A DNA stretch of 63,573 nucleotides. Source: Aplysia californica. Its lineage: Eukaryota. The number at the start of each line of letters is the position of its first letter. The first letter of the stretch is position 1. Location of the stretch: the NCBI RefSeq assembly GCF_000002075.1, contig NW_004797288.1:1551787-1615359 (forward strand). The letters run 5' to 3'. The notes beneath the pieces were generated by a model. It was not told the origin of the DNA. It saw only the letters and a program-made list of their open reading frames with translations, and did not search any database. Both the position numbers and the translations under genes were made by a program. Shown here one piece after another: positions 61,849 through 63,573 of this stretch.

Positions 61849-63573
61849 CTTATGTGTTGAATTAGCAGTAAAAAAAAGGCAAGATAAAAAAAGTCAAATT
61901 CATGGTGATTGGACGGAGCTCTAGCTTCGAAAACCAAGAGGAAACGCAACATGCCTCGTCTAGCTGTGCTCGACACTGTCAAAGTTTACCAAGTTTACCA
62001 GCAACAAAGAACTATGCATTGAAATAAAAGTTGTTGTTCCCCGGTATTTCACACTCGCCGGTTACAACGACGTTAAAGTTGCTCTACTCCAGTGCCTTTG
62101 TCGTAAATAACACACCAAAAGGAATCATGTCATGTTTTTTTCTCCCCAGGCCACGAGATACCATCTCTTTATATTCCTTTGTTAAGTAGGTGTTGTGGAA
62201 CTCTCGCTTGATATTTCTCTGGCGCTGGCAATAGCACATGCTAGCCCGCCATGACTAGATTTAGATTTTAAAAAGCCCTCTTAAATTCGTCATAATTACG
62301 TCTTTGCGAGTCCCCTGGCTTTGGAATGGCAACGCCTTTCAAGATAGAAAACATAAGATAATGTTCCATGACATCAACAGTAGTATGAAGTCAAAAAGTC
62401 TACGACATTAACAGGAGTACTGCGTCAAAAGTGGCGAGACTTAAATAGTAGTACATGTACTACTAAATTCATTGTCTTTCTGACCTATTTTCGTTTTCGT
62501 CTTTCTATATCAATCTTATGAGTATATCCTGTTTCATTGTCTAATGTGGGATTTAAAATTGAAAAAATGCATTGCTTGTTGCCATCATGCCTCGTACGCT
62601 AACCCATCTCGATTACTGCAGACATTGTAGATCTGTCAGGAACTCCGGATGAACTCGCAAACGAAGTCTCCTTTTCCTTGCTTATTCATCAAAGTAAATG
62701 TTATTCTCAGTGTGTTATGATTTAGGTCAGGGGTGCGCAACACTTTCCGACCGGCGTCTTTGGTGAAATCGCGAAGTCCTTCGCCGCTGAACGCAAAAGA
62801 CGTGAAGTTGGCTCTTATGTGGAGAAGTCTGTCTCACCGAGAAGGGTCGAAATTGTCGAAGTCTTTTCACATGTTGTCGAGGACAAAATAAGTGGTTGTT
62901 TTAGACAAGTGGACGTCTTAATCAGTGCCATTATGATTTAAAAATACGCTCGGAAGGAAATAGGAAGTGGTTACTTCTGATTTAAAGTAATTGTCTTAAG
63001 ATCTTATACAGGTGACCGTCAGAGCAGGCTCGACTGTGTTTCCATTTCATGCCTGGTTGTTGAATCCCTCTTTTTTTAGGGTGGACCATAAAAGGCAGGA
63101 CAAGGTTGGACTCCTTTCCGTCTAAATTATCTACATTTTGTCGATGTGGGCGAATAATAATATCATTTAGAACCAATGCATTGACCGTCCTTTTCAGGCA
63201 AAGGGTTATTTTCTTCCGAAAAAACGTACGAGGTCGTCGCCACGGATGTGGGAGGAAAACGTATACATTTCAATGGATAAAGTACGAAGCAGAAAATAGC
63301 TCTGTTCAGAGGCCATAGAAAACAGATTGAAGTAAACATAGCGCGGTGGATTTGTCTGAGGTAAGCAGAGAGAAGGCGTTGCAATGTGGAAACGAAATAT
63401 AGACGAGGGCAACAATAAAGAAAAAAGGTAACGACTGACACAAGAAGCTTTGTTTGAAGCCTTAAAACACGAGTGACTGAGATAAATAGCGAAGTAACTG
63501 GAAGAGAAATTAACTAAATTTACAAAACTCAGATAGATTTGAAATCAATTTTAACATGTTTTTTTTTTGGGGG

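Noticed and set aside
62728-63440. hAT-like element starting CAGGGGTGCGCAAC
   Set aside because: No matching second TIR or recognisable transposase within the window.

Overview
Eukaryotic (metazoan) AT-rich, repeat-dense scaffold with many N gaps. The repeat style suggests a gastropod mollusc (inference). The left half (2696-31713, minus strand) holds 21 coding exons of a CEP89/CCDC123 (centrosomal protein 89 kDa) orthologue. I assembled them by hand with GT-AG junctions and fully consistent intron phases (2414 coding nt, about 804 codons). The last exon(s) lie off the left edge. The introns carry nested MITEs, SINEs and LINE fragments. The right half (31.8-63.5 kb) has no recognisable host coding exon and consists of degraded RTE, L2, Tc1, mariner and PIF/Harbinger remnants, minisatellites, microsatellites and a roughly 940-bp foldback. 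I found no CRISPR array, rRNA or intact tRNA, and no convincing novel biological system. The best leads are regulatory or structural: a LINE ending about 95 bp from the CEP89 start, a symmetric exon with a G4/C-rich flank, a SINE with an internal VNTR, a foldback hairpin and rearranged or nested MITEs. All coordinates were read by eye, so repeat boundaries are approximate.
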